Assembly (NCBI GenBank): GCA_015680685.1
Contig: MNCI01003059.1
Location: 1-64,000 of the forward strand
Length of the DNA: 64,000 nucleotides
Origin: Gnetum montanum
Lineage: Eukaryota > Plantae > Gnetophyta
Direction: 5' to 3'
In this document: in pieces, positions 15,850-28,034 of the stretch
Layout of the letters: every line of letters starts with the position of its first letter
How positions within the stretch are numbered: position 1 is the stretch's first letter
Translations under genes and position numbers: made by a program
Notes under the pieces: model-generated
The model's input: the letters and a program-made list of their open reading frames with translations, nothing else
What the model was told of the DNA's origin: nothing
The model's database searches: none

Positions 15850-18800
15850 AGAAACCATTAATGGGTTTATGGTCATTATAGCATACACTCATGTGGTAAA
15901 AGATGATCTTGTTGTTAGTAGAGTAGAGGATACTATTAGTGCAATCAATGCCACAATTAAATTGCATTGAGATTAGTTAGACTTAAAAACAAGGTAATGT
16001 TATTGCACATAATGTGGACCCTTTGGTAGTTTGTTAGCTAGTGCATATAAATGCACTTTCTTTATCCTTGGACCTGCCCTTCTCCACTTTCCATTAGAGG
16101 CAACGAAAAGTTAGTTTTAGTAGCTCTATTAGTGCTACCTCATGAGCTTTTACACCCTAACCACTAGGAGAAGCGAGGAAATCTTAACTTTGACCTTACT
16201 GTAACATACATGAAAATAAAGATATGTCTATATAAGTTATTTTTTGTTGATAGAAAAGAAGAGCTTGATGGAAGAGTCCTAAGTCATAGGCTCAATCTAT
16301 TATGCAAGCTTGTTACATTCTAGTAGTTTGATCTTCTTCTTATATATAATAACAACATAGGTGTGTCTTCTAGGGTTGAATGCAAAAAGAATGAGGAAAT
16401 GATCCTAGCTAATAAGTACCATAGGATGTATGCAATTCCTATTCCCTTTGCACCTACGTCCCCAATGTAGTCCAAAAAAGAAGCTTATGAAGGTCCCCCA
16501 TGCATTAAGTGAAGTCCACACACAACTAGAAAGTAGTTGATGAAGGAACGTAACCCAAAAAGGAATCACTCAATGTAGTACTAGCTCTTTGAAGAAAATA
16601 GGATAACTTAACACAAGAAATAGAGCTTCACAATAAGGCCTAGAGCTTCACCTAATGACTCACTCTCTCCTACTTAGCTTAGCAATGGTGTCATATGACC
16701 TTAAACTATGTAAGAAAACTTGCAAATTAGTATGCATTAGTAGCTCTACATACATGTTTCAAAATTAGAAGGTCCAACCATTGCTTGTCTTTTAGCTGCA
16801 ACCTCAAGAATGGCTCTTTCACCCTACATCCTCTATTAGGATTCTTAGTATAAAATCGACTACTATTACCCAAGAGCCTAAGAGTGCTTCTAGCATTTAC
16901 CCAAGAGCCCAAGAGTGTTCCTTTCTCAAGATAAACCACAAGCATTGTGGTTATACCTATCCCCATGTTTTATCATGTGTGTTTAATCACAATTAAACTT
17001 AGCATCTTTCTTGAGAGTTAGGGGTAATCCACCAATCTTTCTATTTCCTAAAGAATTGCTTCAACATTGAATTAAGTCACTTGACAAATTATCATATTGC
17101 TCTATCCCAGAAGTAGGAACCTACTCCATAAAACATACTCCATCTCTTTTATTTGGTCCAAATAACTTCACATTGAGCTTGCCCTACCTCTTACATAACA
17201 TAAGTAATCTATGGGTTCTTTGCTTGATGAAGATCAAGAGCCTACATCCACCACAAGTGCCTAGCTTACTAAGATAGAGTAGTAATAGTGTAGGGACATT
17301 GCAAAGTATTGATGAATCACTCATAGTACATATGATGTATTGTACTATGAATTATGCATGTAACAAGTTTTCCACAAAAGGTGATACCGACATGTTTGGT
17401 ACAATAATAGCCCCTAGTAGGTAGTAACTTGTGGATATTCAAGATCTAGGATATGATGTTGTAAGCTCTCGAGAACAAGGAGAAGTATTAATCTTAATTG
17501 TTTCTTGCTTGAAAATAAACTTACCTACAACTCTTATTGTGAAAGGTACAAAGAAAGGTGGAAAAGATAGATAAGTAATATGGATAGTTGATTGCATTAT
17601 AAACCTCCTGATCCCATTGCACCCAAACAAGCTTAAGCTATTGCTGATTTGTGGGTTTCTAGAGTTCTACACCACTAAGTGGGTGGAAAGAGCCATCCAT
17701 GCAGATCCATGCTAAACCAAAATGTGTTAAATAGATCTATTACACCTATCAATGCCATTTCATATGCCATACAAAATAGGGATCCATATGTTTAAATTAG
17801 CTAGAGTAATCTAGTGGGTAACTCAAAGCATGTGTAATGTTTGGGGTATGGTTCTTTCACCTCAATGATTTAGTTCAATTAGTAACTTGTTGAAAGGTAT
17901 TCAAAAACACTTAGACACTAATACATAGGATAGGGCCACTAGCTTATCTTACTAAGCAATTCATACACCAAACTAAGGGAAAACACCCTTTAGGCCTAGA
18001 AGATAGTAGTTTATGTTAAATTCAAAAATTTAGCATCTGAAAATGAGATTCAAATATTTTCTAAAGGCAAACACCGAAATTAGCTTTACAATTAGGGTAC
18101 CTAGAAGGTAAAGACGATTTTTATTGTTCTTCTATACCATCAGCTTCCAATGGCATCATTAGCTTTCTCTAAACTAGCTACTCAAATATTTCAAGCATAA
18201 ACACAAGATAAGAACTAGCTCATATCAATCTCTAAGGTAACAACCATGCCTATCACACCCAAGAACTTGATCTATTAACTTTTGACTCCAAATAGGATTA
18301 TAAAGAGAGACAGAAAAAAATTTCGTAAGCACGCTACAATATAATAACTTTATCAAAAAAAACTAAACCTGTCTAACAAACCCATGAATTTACAATAGCT
18401 CAACTATAATGGGAAGGATATTTTAAGATTAGCAACGTGATAAGCCTCCACTCAAATTTTTGATTCAAGAAAGCTAGTATTGAGATAGAATCCTCCTAAG
18501 CTACATGATCTAAATCAAGATGTCAAATCGTATGCAGCTTATCTAATTTGAGATGGAAAATAAAAAGCTTGTAAACTAAGGTTTAATACTAGAGATTGAG
18601 ATATTCTTATGTGAGACCTAACCTAATGCAATCATCATTTACATCACAAACATCTAATTTGATTATCTACTTGGTCATCTATACATATCCAGAAACTACT
18701 AAAAGATAGTTAGGTAAACAAATAGCTAATTTTTGCACCAAGATGGGGTGGGTCCATAATGTAGAGAAAAATAAGGGATAACAACAATGCAAAGCTAGGT

Positions 18801-20110
18801 TGCACATGAAGCACATTCAAGACCAAGATCAATAAGTGCTTTATGGAAGTGATATTAAGACAGAGTGCCCAAGTAGATCATAGACGAATCCTACGATTAG
18901 ACCAAAACACTGATAAATAATCCTTCCATGGTAAATGGAGATACATCAACATGGAATCGTAATTACTTGACTACCACACACACTTCCAATGGTGATAGCC
19001 TATAAAAGAGATGACTTAGATCATAGCTAAAAACAACATAGCTTATGAAAACCACTCATCATCCATCAATGTCGGAAAACCCTTCGTGTAACTAAGTATT
19101 ATCTTTGATCATTATGTTAGGTATCTCTTTGGGAGACTTACATCTTAACTAGAATCAAAACATGCTACAAAGAGCAAGGGAAATCCAAGTAGGCTTATAC
19201 ATAATTTCGCTTGATCACCTTGCACCTAACAAGTTTGAGCATGGTATGAACCAATCTAGTGTGTAAATATATATATGCATGCTATGTATAGTTGTACTAC
19301 AACCCCTCCTAACAACAAAAGTAAAATACCAAACTCTAAATGACACAAGCAAATGATCTAATTCCAAAAAGCGCATCTTGCAAGATGTATAGTTAAAGAC
19401 ATACCGAAGGATAGGCTTATTGCTCATTATATAATTTTATACAAACACATTTTAATGCAAAGTAGTATTGGTCAATGCTCATAGATTCTTTACACATTAA
19501 AACATAAGAAAATGTCAATAGGAGTTCCAAGATAAGACAATAAACATCTCAAACATCATTCATTCATCAATGTTCCACTTCTTTCAAAACAATAAGGGTA
19601 CATCCTACCCTACTTAATGTTATGGATTGTAGAATATCTACAAAGTGTAATTGTACACCTTCACTTTTAACCATTAGCAAGACAAAGGTAGGAGACATGC
19701 CCCACTAAGATGAGACCTACCAATCAAAATGGGCAAAGACCTTACCTACATTGCGCATACATTCCATGGTGGTCTTCTAAGATGTTTCAAATCTATGTAG
19801 TAGCAAACTAACTTGATCTTTTACCAGTAGTCAAAAGCCATAAAGAAAAGAAACATACCTAGTATAGTTCATACCAACAAAAGAAAACAAGCTTTGTAAG
19901 TATAAGTTTTGACCCAATAAAGATAACGTTGCATGTAGATTGACTCGACCAAGCAAATTCAAGCCAGTAGACTATGAAAGATGGAGTAGATGACCACATC
20001 ATAAGCATGTCCATTATATTATGCCCAGCAAAATTAGCCATAGCATACCAAGTAACCTCGCACTCTCTATCCTAACAAGAGCCACCAATAATAACTCAAG
20101 TGTTAATGTC
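15850..20110 (-). mobile_element. Highly degenerate L1-type LINE (ORF2 relic: endonuclease, RT, downstream region); boundaries approximate
   Basis: Minus-strand relic motifs in the expected order: (W)VIIGG, GLEFAWS and RFE (endonuclease region, ~20100-19780); KLD.K/AYD-like (~18540); LSLFII (PLSP-like, ~18305); W..ICM.YEM..IGVIDL (WxxICxPKxxGGLGIRDL-like, ~17760). Many stops and frameshifts. Confidence 0.5.
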
Positions 20111-23079
20111 AAAAAGCAATAACATATTTAAATTGCAAATAAGATGTTACACTGAAGAAAGCAGGTGAAGATAATTACTAACTAATCTAGAGGGACTATG
20201 TAGATGAAATTAGAAAAAGAACATCCTAAACAAAAGAGGCTAGCCTAACCTACTAATCTTGAGAAAGGAGAGGCTAGCCTAGGACCAATTCTACCTATGG
20301 GAGTAGCTAGTGACAATAGGTAGGAAGGTTGGTTAGGGTAGGTGGGTTGGTTATTGGTTGTTCAAAGGTACTAGACTAGCACATTCAATTAGTAGATTTA
20401 TACATTTGAAGTTAGTGGACTCCTCAATTGGGTAAGTGTTGTCCTTAGGTAGTAGGTAGTAAGAAGTTAGATAGTAGGTAGGCACTTGTCGAATAATGCC
20501 ACTTCACTTGGTCAACTATCAACTCCTACCCCAAGGTAACATTCCATTTCCTACTCCTATGTGTCATAGGTTAATAGTTTATTTTCCACAGTGTTGCTAG
20601 TTTTTTACTATGTGTTTTTTTGCTCTTTAATAATTTCCTTCCATCTCTTCATTAGATTTCACAGTAATGATCACTAGGTGCATGTATAAAATTATGTACG
20701 TATATGACTCATATCCAATTGAACCGTAACAATAAGCCTTCCAATCCAAATATAAACAAATACTCACTAATGTAAAAGCTGGAATAGGTGCTCACACCCA
20801 TCAAGAAAATAGCTTCATCGTCTTGAATCATGGCAGCAATCCAAGCCTCCCAGACCACTTTTAATGAAATACATCCAGTGATACATTATGGTAAGGAGGC
20901 CACAATGAGTTCAATCAATGTTTGCAATGCTTTAGGGTGAGGAACACCAACCAGCCCTTCATGACTCTATTAATGGTATATATCATATCATTCAACATCA
21001 TGTGCATTCTAATAATAGGCTCTAATTAGTTAAACATTTTAACTAACCTTGTAATGATCATCTCCCTATTTTTGTTTAGAACACTAGCCTTGCTATTGAT
21101 AGAATAAATAATGATAAGTCCTACAGGATTCAAACAGTGGAATACAGCATGCAACCCTCTCCTCCATCCTCTCCTCATATTATTGATAAAGTGAGTATCA
21201 AAAGAACTTCACATTAGTCATAATCATTACTAAAAGAGTGGAGGGAAGGCATGATATGTCATAAGGAGGCCACACCTATATAGTAAAGGAGCAATGTACC
21301 TTTACACCTAGTTCGTGTCTACAAATGCATACTAGGAAAACTACCTTCCCATTGTAGTATGACCTCGCTTACAATAATTGATGTATGCGATAACTTTGAG
21401 CACAAAGAAGCATTTTTTGGAAAATAGTCCAAGTGAATAGGAGCATTGTACAGTTCATGATTTATGTCAAGTACAATATGCTACTAGCTAGACAAATGGT
21501 AAGTCGAATCACATACCTCTATACTGCAAAGCAACTACATGATTAGGTAACTAAATACATCAAATACATGCTAGCCAACTACACTCGCCTCATCTCCTAC
21601 AATTGATCTACCCCCCACATCTGATACTAATCAACTAACCAAAGGAGAATTCCTATCAACTGGAGAGATTGTTGTGACAATGTCCACCTCAACCTATAAG
21701 TTTTTTCATCTAGTTTCTCAAGAAACAAACATCCCAGGTTTGTTACTAGCCTCAATTAACCCAAGCAATGATTTGAAGCTTTTCCCTCTACTTCCATCCA
21801 TCGGTAGCAATCTAAGCTAAATCAAAGCAATGATTAAAGATGGCTCTAGCTCCATATTATTAATAACAAAAAATAGCTCACGAATCCTACCGTACATACC
21901 TACCTGAAGTCCTACTTCACAAAATAAGCAAGCCTAGTTAGTTATTGTATTGGCCAGTAGAGCAAGCAGCTCACTACTTTAGATCAAAACAATTGTTCAC
22001 GCTATTCATAGTTCTCATATTATATATATATATATATAACTACCTTTATCCAAAGATCCTAACTTAGTCTTGTCATCGACTATGTGAAAGCCTAATGTCT
22101 TGGTCTCACTGAGTAGGAGATAACCTTAATTCATTTCATTAATATAATAGTTAGAATGAAAACTAAAGAAGAAAAAACATGCTCCTGTTCATTTCTATCT
22201 TTAGAAACAGTAAAAATGAAATAGAACCCAATTTTTTTTTAGTGGGAATAAAATAACGATTAAAAAAACTATGCTTGTTTTGAATAAAAAACAAAAGTCA
22301 ACTTATTTACTTCTTGCATTACACGTCACATGTGAAATTTATTTTTACTTTTTACTTTTTTTTAACTAACATTTTTTATAAGTTTATTTTCTTTTATCCC
22401 TTCCCAACTAATACATGCATAATAGTCACACTAGGACTCCAAATTAAAATTTGTTTAAACCTACGAGATTCTTATCAAACGCTCTACACCTTCACATGCT
22501 AAAATCACACCCAAGCATCATAAAACATAGCACTATAGTTTAAATGCATAAATATCAAAATCACACATAAAGCATAAATATATACCAAATAGGTGCTCTT
22601 ATACCTCAACTCAACATCCTCCCAACAACATCACATGTCTAACATATCACACAAGGCTAGTGTACATAATCATGTTAGTTTATAAAAACATCATAATCAT
22701 AACATATAACATGCAATTCTAATAGGCTAAGTTGTCCCCAATAACTCACCAAAACAACACATGTAATGTATAAATCATAATCATATGGCCATACCTAATG
22801 TGCCTAGGGGGATGTAGCAAGTATCATCAACCAAAATTAGACCGGAAGAAAATATCATTTACATACTCTTGCATGACCCTTTAATCCATGGAAAGAAAGA
22901 AATGTCAATGTTTTTCAAATCTATCCTCAACCAATGTAGACATAAAAGACCAGCCATATTTTTGATATTTTGATTTCTTCAAAGAATAAACAGAATAAGC
23001 AACCTAAATTTTTCATTGTTCATGAAGAATTTTTCATCTAATACCAGTAAATATTTCAAAACAGATTAAAAAAGAGTAC

Positions 23080-23322
23080 TCAATCACAAAGAGATCGTCT
23101 TCCTTGCCAAAGAATCTAGCATTTCAAAACAGATTTTAAAAAAGAGTACTCCATCACAGAGATCATCTTCCTTGCCAAAGAATCTAGCATGCAGAAAATT
23201 ATAGACAATTCTGTCAAATGTCATGCAACAAAGTGGTTGGTGTTTGCTCATCTGTGTTGCATCCACACCATGCATCACAACAGTGCCCAGCTTTCTTAGA
23301 ATTCTCAAACTTTCCCACATGC
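23080..23322 (-). pseudogene. DUF2431/BMT5-like methyltransferase fragment, copy 1 (exon 2 only)
   Basis: WESLRILRKLGTVVMHGVDATQMSKHQPLCCMTFDRIVYNFLHARFFGKEDD. Exon 1 removed by a deletion joined at CATGC microhomology (~23318-23322). Confidence 0.8.
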
Positions 23323-23909
23323 AAGCCCTCTAGAACACAAAAAAACATTCAAATCCTTTCTGCATACTTTGTAAGAAACAAATATCAAAAATGAGAAGAG
23401 GCGGTCTCAAAGAATGACGCTTGTGTGCAACGATCATTATGGATGTGATTATGTTTACTGTTAAACTTTCTTTTAAATCTATTTTCACTTAATTTCTCAA
23501 CTAGAAAATCCTTGTTTTCATTTTTTTTTATTTCTTTTCTATTTTCACTTAATTTCTCAACTAGAAAATCCTTGTTTTCATTTTTTTTTATTTCTTTTAT
23601 CATCATCATATAGCATGGGGTGGTAGTACTAGGCACGTGATCAAATCAACTAACCTATAGCTCCTGCTTAACCATAAACAATATTGCCTCTAATTATGAT
23701 GTGATAGGACAGAAGTACCCTTCCGATAGGAGACATTTAAATTTTGTTACAAGTACCGGAAGTGATGTATGAGTAGCATTGTGGTACTGACTTGACTTCT
23801 CTTGCCTTCAAAAAAATTAAAATTTTTAAAAATAACATAATAATAATGTTTTGGTAAACATTATTGTCTAATATCAGTAAACATTTTAGAATGGATTATA
23901 AAAATGTAC

Positions 23910-24521
23910 TCAATCACAATCCGAACTTCTTCCTTGCAAATGAATCTAGCATGCGAAAAATTATAAACAATTCTATCAAATGTAATGCAACAAAGTGGTT
24001 AGTGTTCACTCATCTATGTTGCATCCACACCATGCATCACAACAGCACTCAACTTTCTTAGAATTCTCAAACTTCTCCAATAGCAACCAACTTTCTTAGA
24101 ATTCTCAAACTTTCCCATGCTTTTTCATACAATTTCAGTACTTTCTTTGCAACAAAATCAAAAACCGGGCAACTCCAAAAGCACATTAAAAAAATGCAGA
24201 ATTCATGATGATTTCATACATTATATCTGTATTCTTTTTCCAATAAAGATGCAAAACCTAGAATGCCCCCCTCAAACTCTGATAAACAGAGTTCAGAGTT
24301 AGGGAAAGAAAAGAAACTGAACAGGAACACATGCTTCTTGAATCCAAAGATGTGATGTTACGTTAACTGTGTGATGTTACGTTAACTGCAGTGGTGCGAT
24401 GTTACGTTAACTGCAGTGGCAAACGATTGTGCCAAAATAAGAAATCCTCCTCTCCCACTAACAGAAATCAATCCAATGCCTGGTAATGCTTCAATCTTCC
24501 TTCATACAAGACTGCTACCAT
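23910..24521 (-). pseudogene. DUF2431/BMT5-like methyltransferase fragment, copy 2 (exon 1 24335-24521, exon 2 23910-24146)
   Basis: MVAVLYEGRLKHYQALD*FLLVGEEDF... and ...HGVDAT...FDRIVYNFSHARF; stops, indels and internal micro-duplications. Confidence 0.8.
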
Positions 24522-25139
24522 GATTATGCCCTATATAGCACATAAGAAAAAATGAAAAAATGCAAGCCCCGTATAGCATAGAAAGAAACATGCAAGCCCT
24601 CTAGAACATAAAAAACATTCAAATCCTTTCTACAGGCTTTGTAAAAAACAAACAGCAAAAACGAGAAGAGGCGGTCTCAAAAAATAAAGCTTGTGCGCAA
24701 TGATCATTATGGATACGATTATGTTTATGGATACGATTATGTTTACCGTTATTCTTTAAAATCTATTTTCCAAACAAGAAAATTCTTGTTTTCGTTTTTA
24801 TTTATTTATTTTATCATCATCCTATAGCATGGGTGGTGGTACTAGGCTTTGAACCAGGTACCTCAGGCACATGATCAAATCAACTGACCTATAGCTCCTA
24901 CTTAACCATAAACAATATTGCCTCTAGTTAGGATGTGATAGGACAGAAGTACCCTTATGATAGGAGACATTTAAAGTTTGTTACAAGTACCCTATGTGAT
25001 GTATGAGTAGCATTGTGGTACTGACTTGACTTTTCTTGCCTTAAAAAATTGAAATTTTAAAAAATAACATAATAATAATGTTTTGGTAAACATATTATCT
25101 AATACCAGTAAACATTTCAGAACAATTAAAAAAGAGTAC

Positions 25140-25750
25140 CAAATTACAAAGGGAACGTCTTCCTTGCCAAAGAATCTAGCATGCAGAAAATTATAAACAA
25201 TTCTATCAAATGTCATGCAACAAAGTGGTTGGTGTTCACTCATCTGTGTTGCATCCACACCATGCATCACAACAGCATCCAACTTTCTTAGAATTCTCAA
25301 ACTTTCCCATGCTTTTTCATACGATTTCAGTACTTTCTTTACAACAAAATCAAAAACCCAGCATTTCCAAAAGGGCATAAAAAGAACGTAGAATTCATGA
25401 TGATTTCATACATTATATCCATATTCTTTTTCCAGAAATGCAAAACCCAGAATGCCCCTCTGATAAACAGAGTTCAGAGTTGAGAAAAGAAACAATAAAC
25501 AGAGTTCAGAGTTGAGAAAAGAAACAAAAAATGAACAGGAACACATACCTCTTGAAACCAAAGATGTGGTGTTATGTTAACTGCAGTGGCAAATGGTCAT
25601 GCCAGGCCAGTTTAAAATGAGAAATCATCCTCACTAACAGAAATCGTCATCCTATCCCACTAACAGAAATCGATCCAATGCCCCAGTAACAGAAATTGAT
25701 CCAATGCCCCAGTAACGCTTCAATCTTCATTCAGACAAAACTGCTGCCAT
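25140..25750 (-). pseudogene. DUF2431/BMT5-like methyltransferase fragment, copy 3 (exon 1 25549-25750, exon 2 25140-25338)
   Basis: Exon 2 open: KVLKSYEKAWESLRILRKLDAVVMHGVDATQMSEHQPLCCMTFDRIVYNFLHARFFGKEDVPFVI. Exon 1 has TAA/TGA stops and duplications. Confidence 0.85.
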
Positions 25751-26366
25751 GATTACACCCTGTATAGCACATAAGAAAAAATGCAAGCCCCGTGTAGCAT
25801 AGAAAAAAAACATGCAAGCCCTCTAGAACACAAAAAACATTCAAACACTTTCTGGATGCTTTGTTAAAAAACAAACATAAAAAATGAGAGGAGGCAGTCT
25901 CAAAAAATGACACTCATGCACAAGGATCATTATGGATGTGATTAAGTTTACGGTTAAACTTTCCTTTAAATCCATTTCCACTTAATTTCTGAACTAGAAA
26001 ATCCTTGTTTTTGTTTTTTTTCTTCAATTTGTTTTAGCATCATCCTATACCATGGGGTGGTAGTACTAGGCTTTGAACCATGTACCTCAGGCACATGATT
26101 TGATCAAATCAGCTGACCTATAGCTCCTGCTTAACCATAAACAATATTGCCTCTACTTACGATGTGATAGGCCAGAAGTACCCTTAGGCCACATTTAAAG
26201 TTTGTTACAAGTACCCTACATGGTGTATGAGTAGCATTGTTGTGGTACTGACTTGACTTTTCTTGCTTTAAAAAATTAAAAAATTTTAAAATAACATAAT
26301 AATAATGTTTGGTAAACATTATTATCTAATACCAGTAAACATTTCAGAATGATTTAAAAAGAGTAC

Positions 26367-26912
26367 CTAATCACAAAGGGATCGTTTTCCTTCCAAAGAA
26401 TCCAGCATGTGGAAAATTATAGACAATTCTGTCAAATGTCATGCATCAAAGCAGTTGCTTTCACTCATCTGTGTTACATCCACACCATGCATCATAACAA
26501 CACCTAGCTTTCTCAGAATTCTCAAACATTTCCATGCTTTTTCATATGATTTCAACACTTTCTTTGCAACAAAATCAAAAACCAAAACCCAGCATTCCCA
26601 AAAGGGCACAATAAGAACGCAGAATTCATGATGAATTCATAAATTATATTTGTATTCTTTTTCCAACAGAAATGCAAAACCCAGAATGCCCCCCTTAAAA
26701 CTCTAATAAACAGAGTTCAAAGTGAAGGAAAGAAACAGAAAATGAACAGGAACACATACCTCTTGAATCCAAAGATGTGGTGTTACGTTAATTGCAGTGG
26801 CAAATGATCATGCCAAGCCAGCTTAAAATGAAAAATCATCCTCTCCAACTAACAAAATTTGATCCGATGCCCGGTAACACTTCAATCTTTGTTCATACAA
26901 AACTGCTGCCAT
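26367..26912 (-). pseudogene. DUF2431/BMT5-like methyltransferase fragment, copy 4 (exon 1 26760-26912, exon 2 26367-26563)
   Basis: MAAVLYEQRLKCYRASDQILLVGEDDFSF*AGLA*SFATAINV; exon 2 retains the canonical YNFPHAGFFG; frameshifts present. Confidence 0.85.
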
Positions 26913-27524
26913 GATTATGCCATGTATAGCACGCACATAAGAAAAATGCAAGCTCCGTATAGCATAGAAAAAAACATGCAGGCCCTCTAGAACATAAAAA
27001 ACATTCAAATTCTTTTTTATAGGCTTTCTAAAAAACAAACAGTAAAAATGAGAAGAGACCGTCTCAAAAAATTATGCTTGTGCGCAACGATCTTTATAGA
27101 TACGATTATGTTTACAGTTAAACTTTCTTTTAATCTATTGCCACTTAATTTCTGAACTAGAAAATCCTTGTTTTCGTTGGTTTTTTTATTTCTTTTATCA
27201 TCATCCTATAGCATGAGGTGGTAGTACTAGGCTTTAAACCACTTACCTCAGGCACGTGATCAAATCAGCTGACCTATAGTTCTTGCTCATAAACAAATAT
27301 TGCCTCTACTTAGGATGTGGTAGGATAGAAGTACCCTTATGATAGGACACTTTGATAGCTTATTACAAGTACCTTACATGGTGTATGAGTAGTGTTGTGG
27401 GACTGACTTTACTTTTCTTTTCCTAAAAAAATTGAAATTTTTAAAAATAACATACTAGTAATGTTTTAGTAAACATTATTATCTAATACCAGTAAACATT
27501 TCAAAACCGATTAAAAAAGAGCAC

Positions 27525-28034
27525 CCAATCACAAAGGGATTGTCTTCCTTGCCAAAGAATCTGGCATGCAGAAAATTATAGACAATTCTACCAGATGTCA
27601 TGCAACAAAGCAGTTGGTTTTCACTCATCTATGTTGCATCCACACCATGCATCACACCAGCACACCAGCGCTCAGCTTTCTTAGAATTCTCAAACTTTTC
27701 CATGCTTTTCCATAAGATTTCAGTACTTTCTTTGCAACAAAATCAAAAACCCAACATTCCCAAAATTGCATAATGAGAATAGAAACACTAAACCCAGAAT
27801 GCTTCCCTCAAACTCTAATAAACAAGGTTAACAAAGTTCAGAGTTGAGGGGAGAAACAGAAAATGAACAGGGACACATACCTCTTGAATCCAAAGATGTG
27901 GGTGTTAGGTTAATTACGGTGGCAAATGCTCATGGTAGGCCAGCTGAAAACGAGAAATCGTCCTCTCCCACTAACAGAAGTCCATCCGATGCCCGGTAAC
28001 ACTTCAATTTTCGTTCAATAAAGAGTGCTGCCAT
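27525..28034 (-). pseudogene. DUF2431/BMT5-like methyltransferase fragment, copy 5 (exon 1 CDS 27881-28034, exon 2 27525-27731)
   Basis: MAALFIERKLKCYRASDGLLLVGEDDFSFSAGLP*AFATVINLTPTSLDSR matches the family pattern LLVGEGDFSFS..LARAFG.A.N..ATSLDS. AAGAG|GTATGT donor. An 8-bp duplication frameshifts exon 2. Confidence 0.85.

Noticed and set aside
20200-22850. Possible decayed LTR-retrotransposon remnants (similar impression at 39600-43300)
   Set aside because: Only weak PBS-like words and stop-riddled sequence; neither family nor boundaries can be supported by eye.
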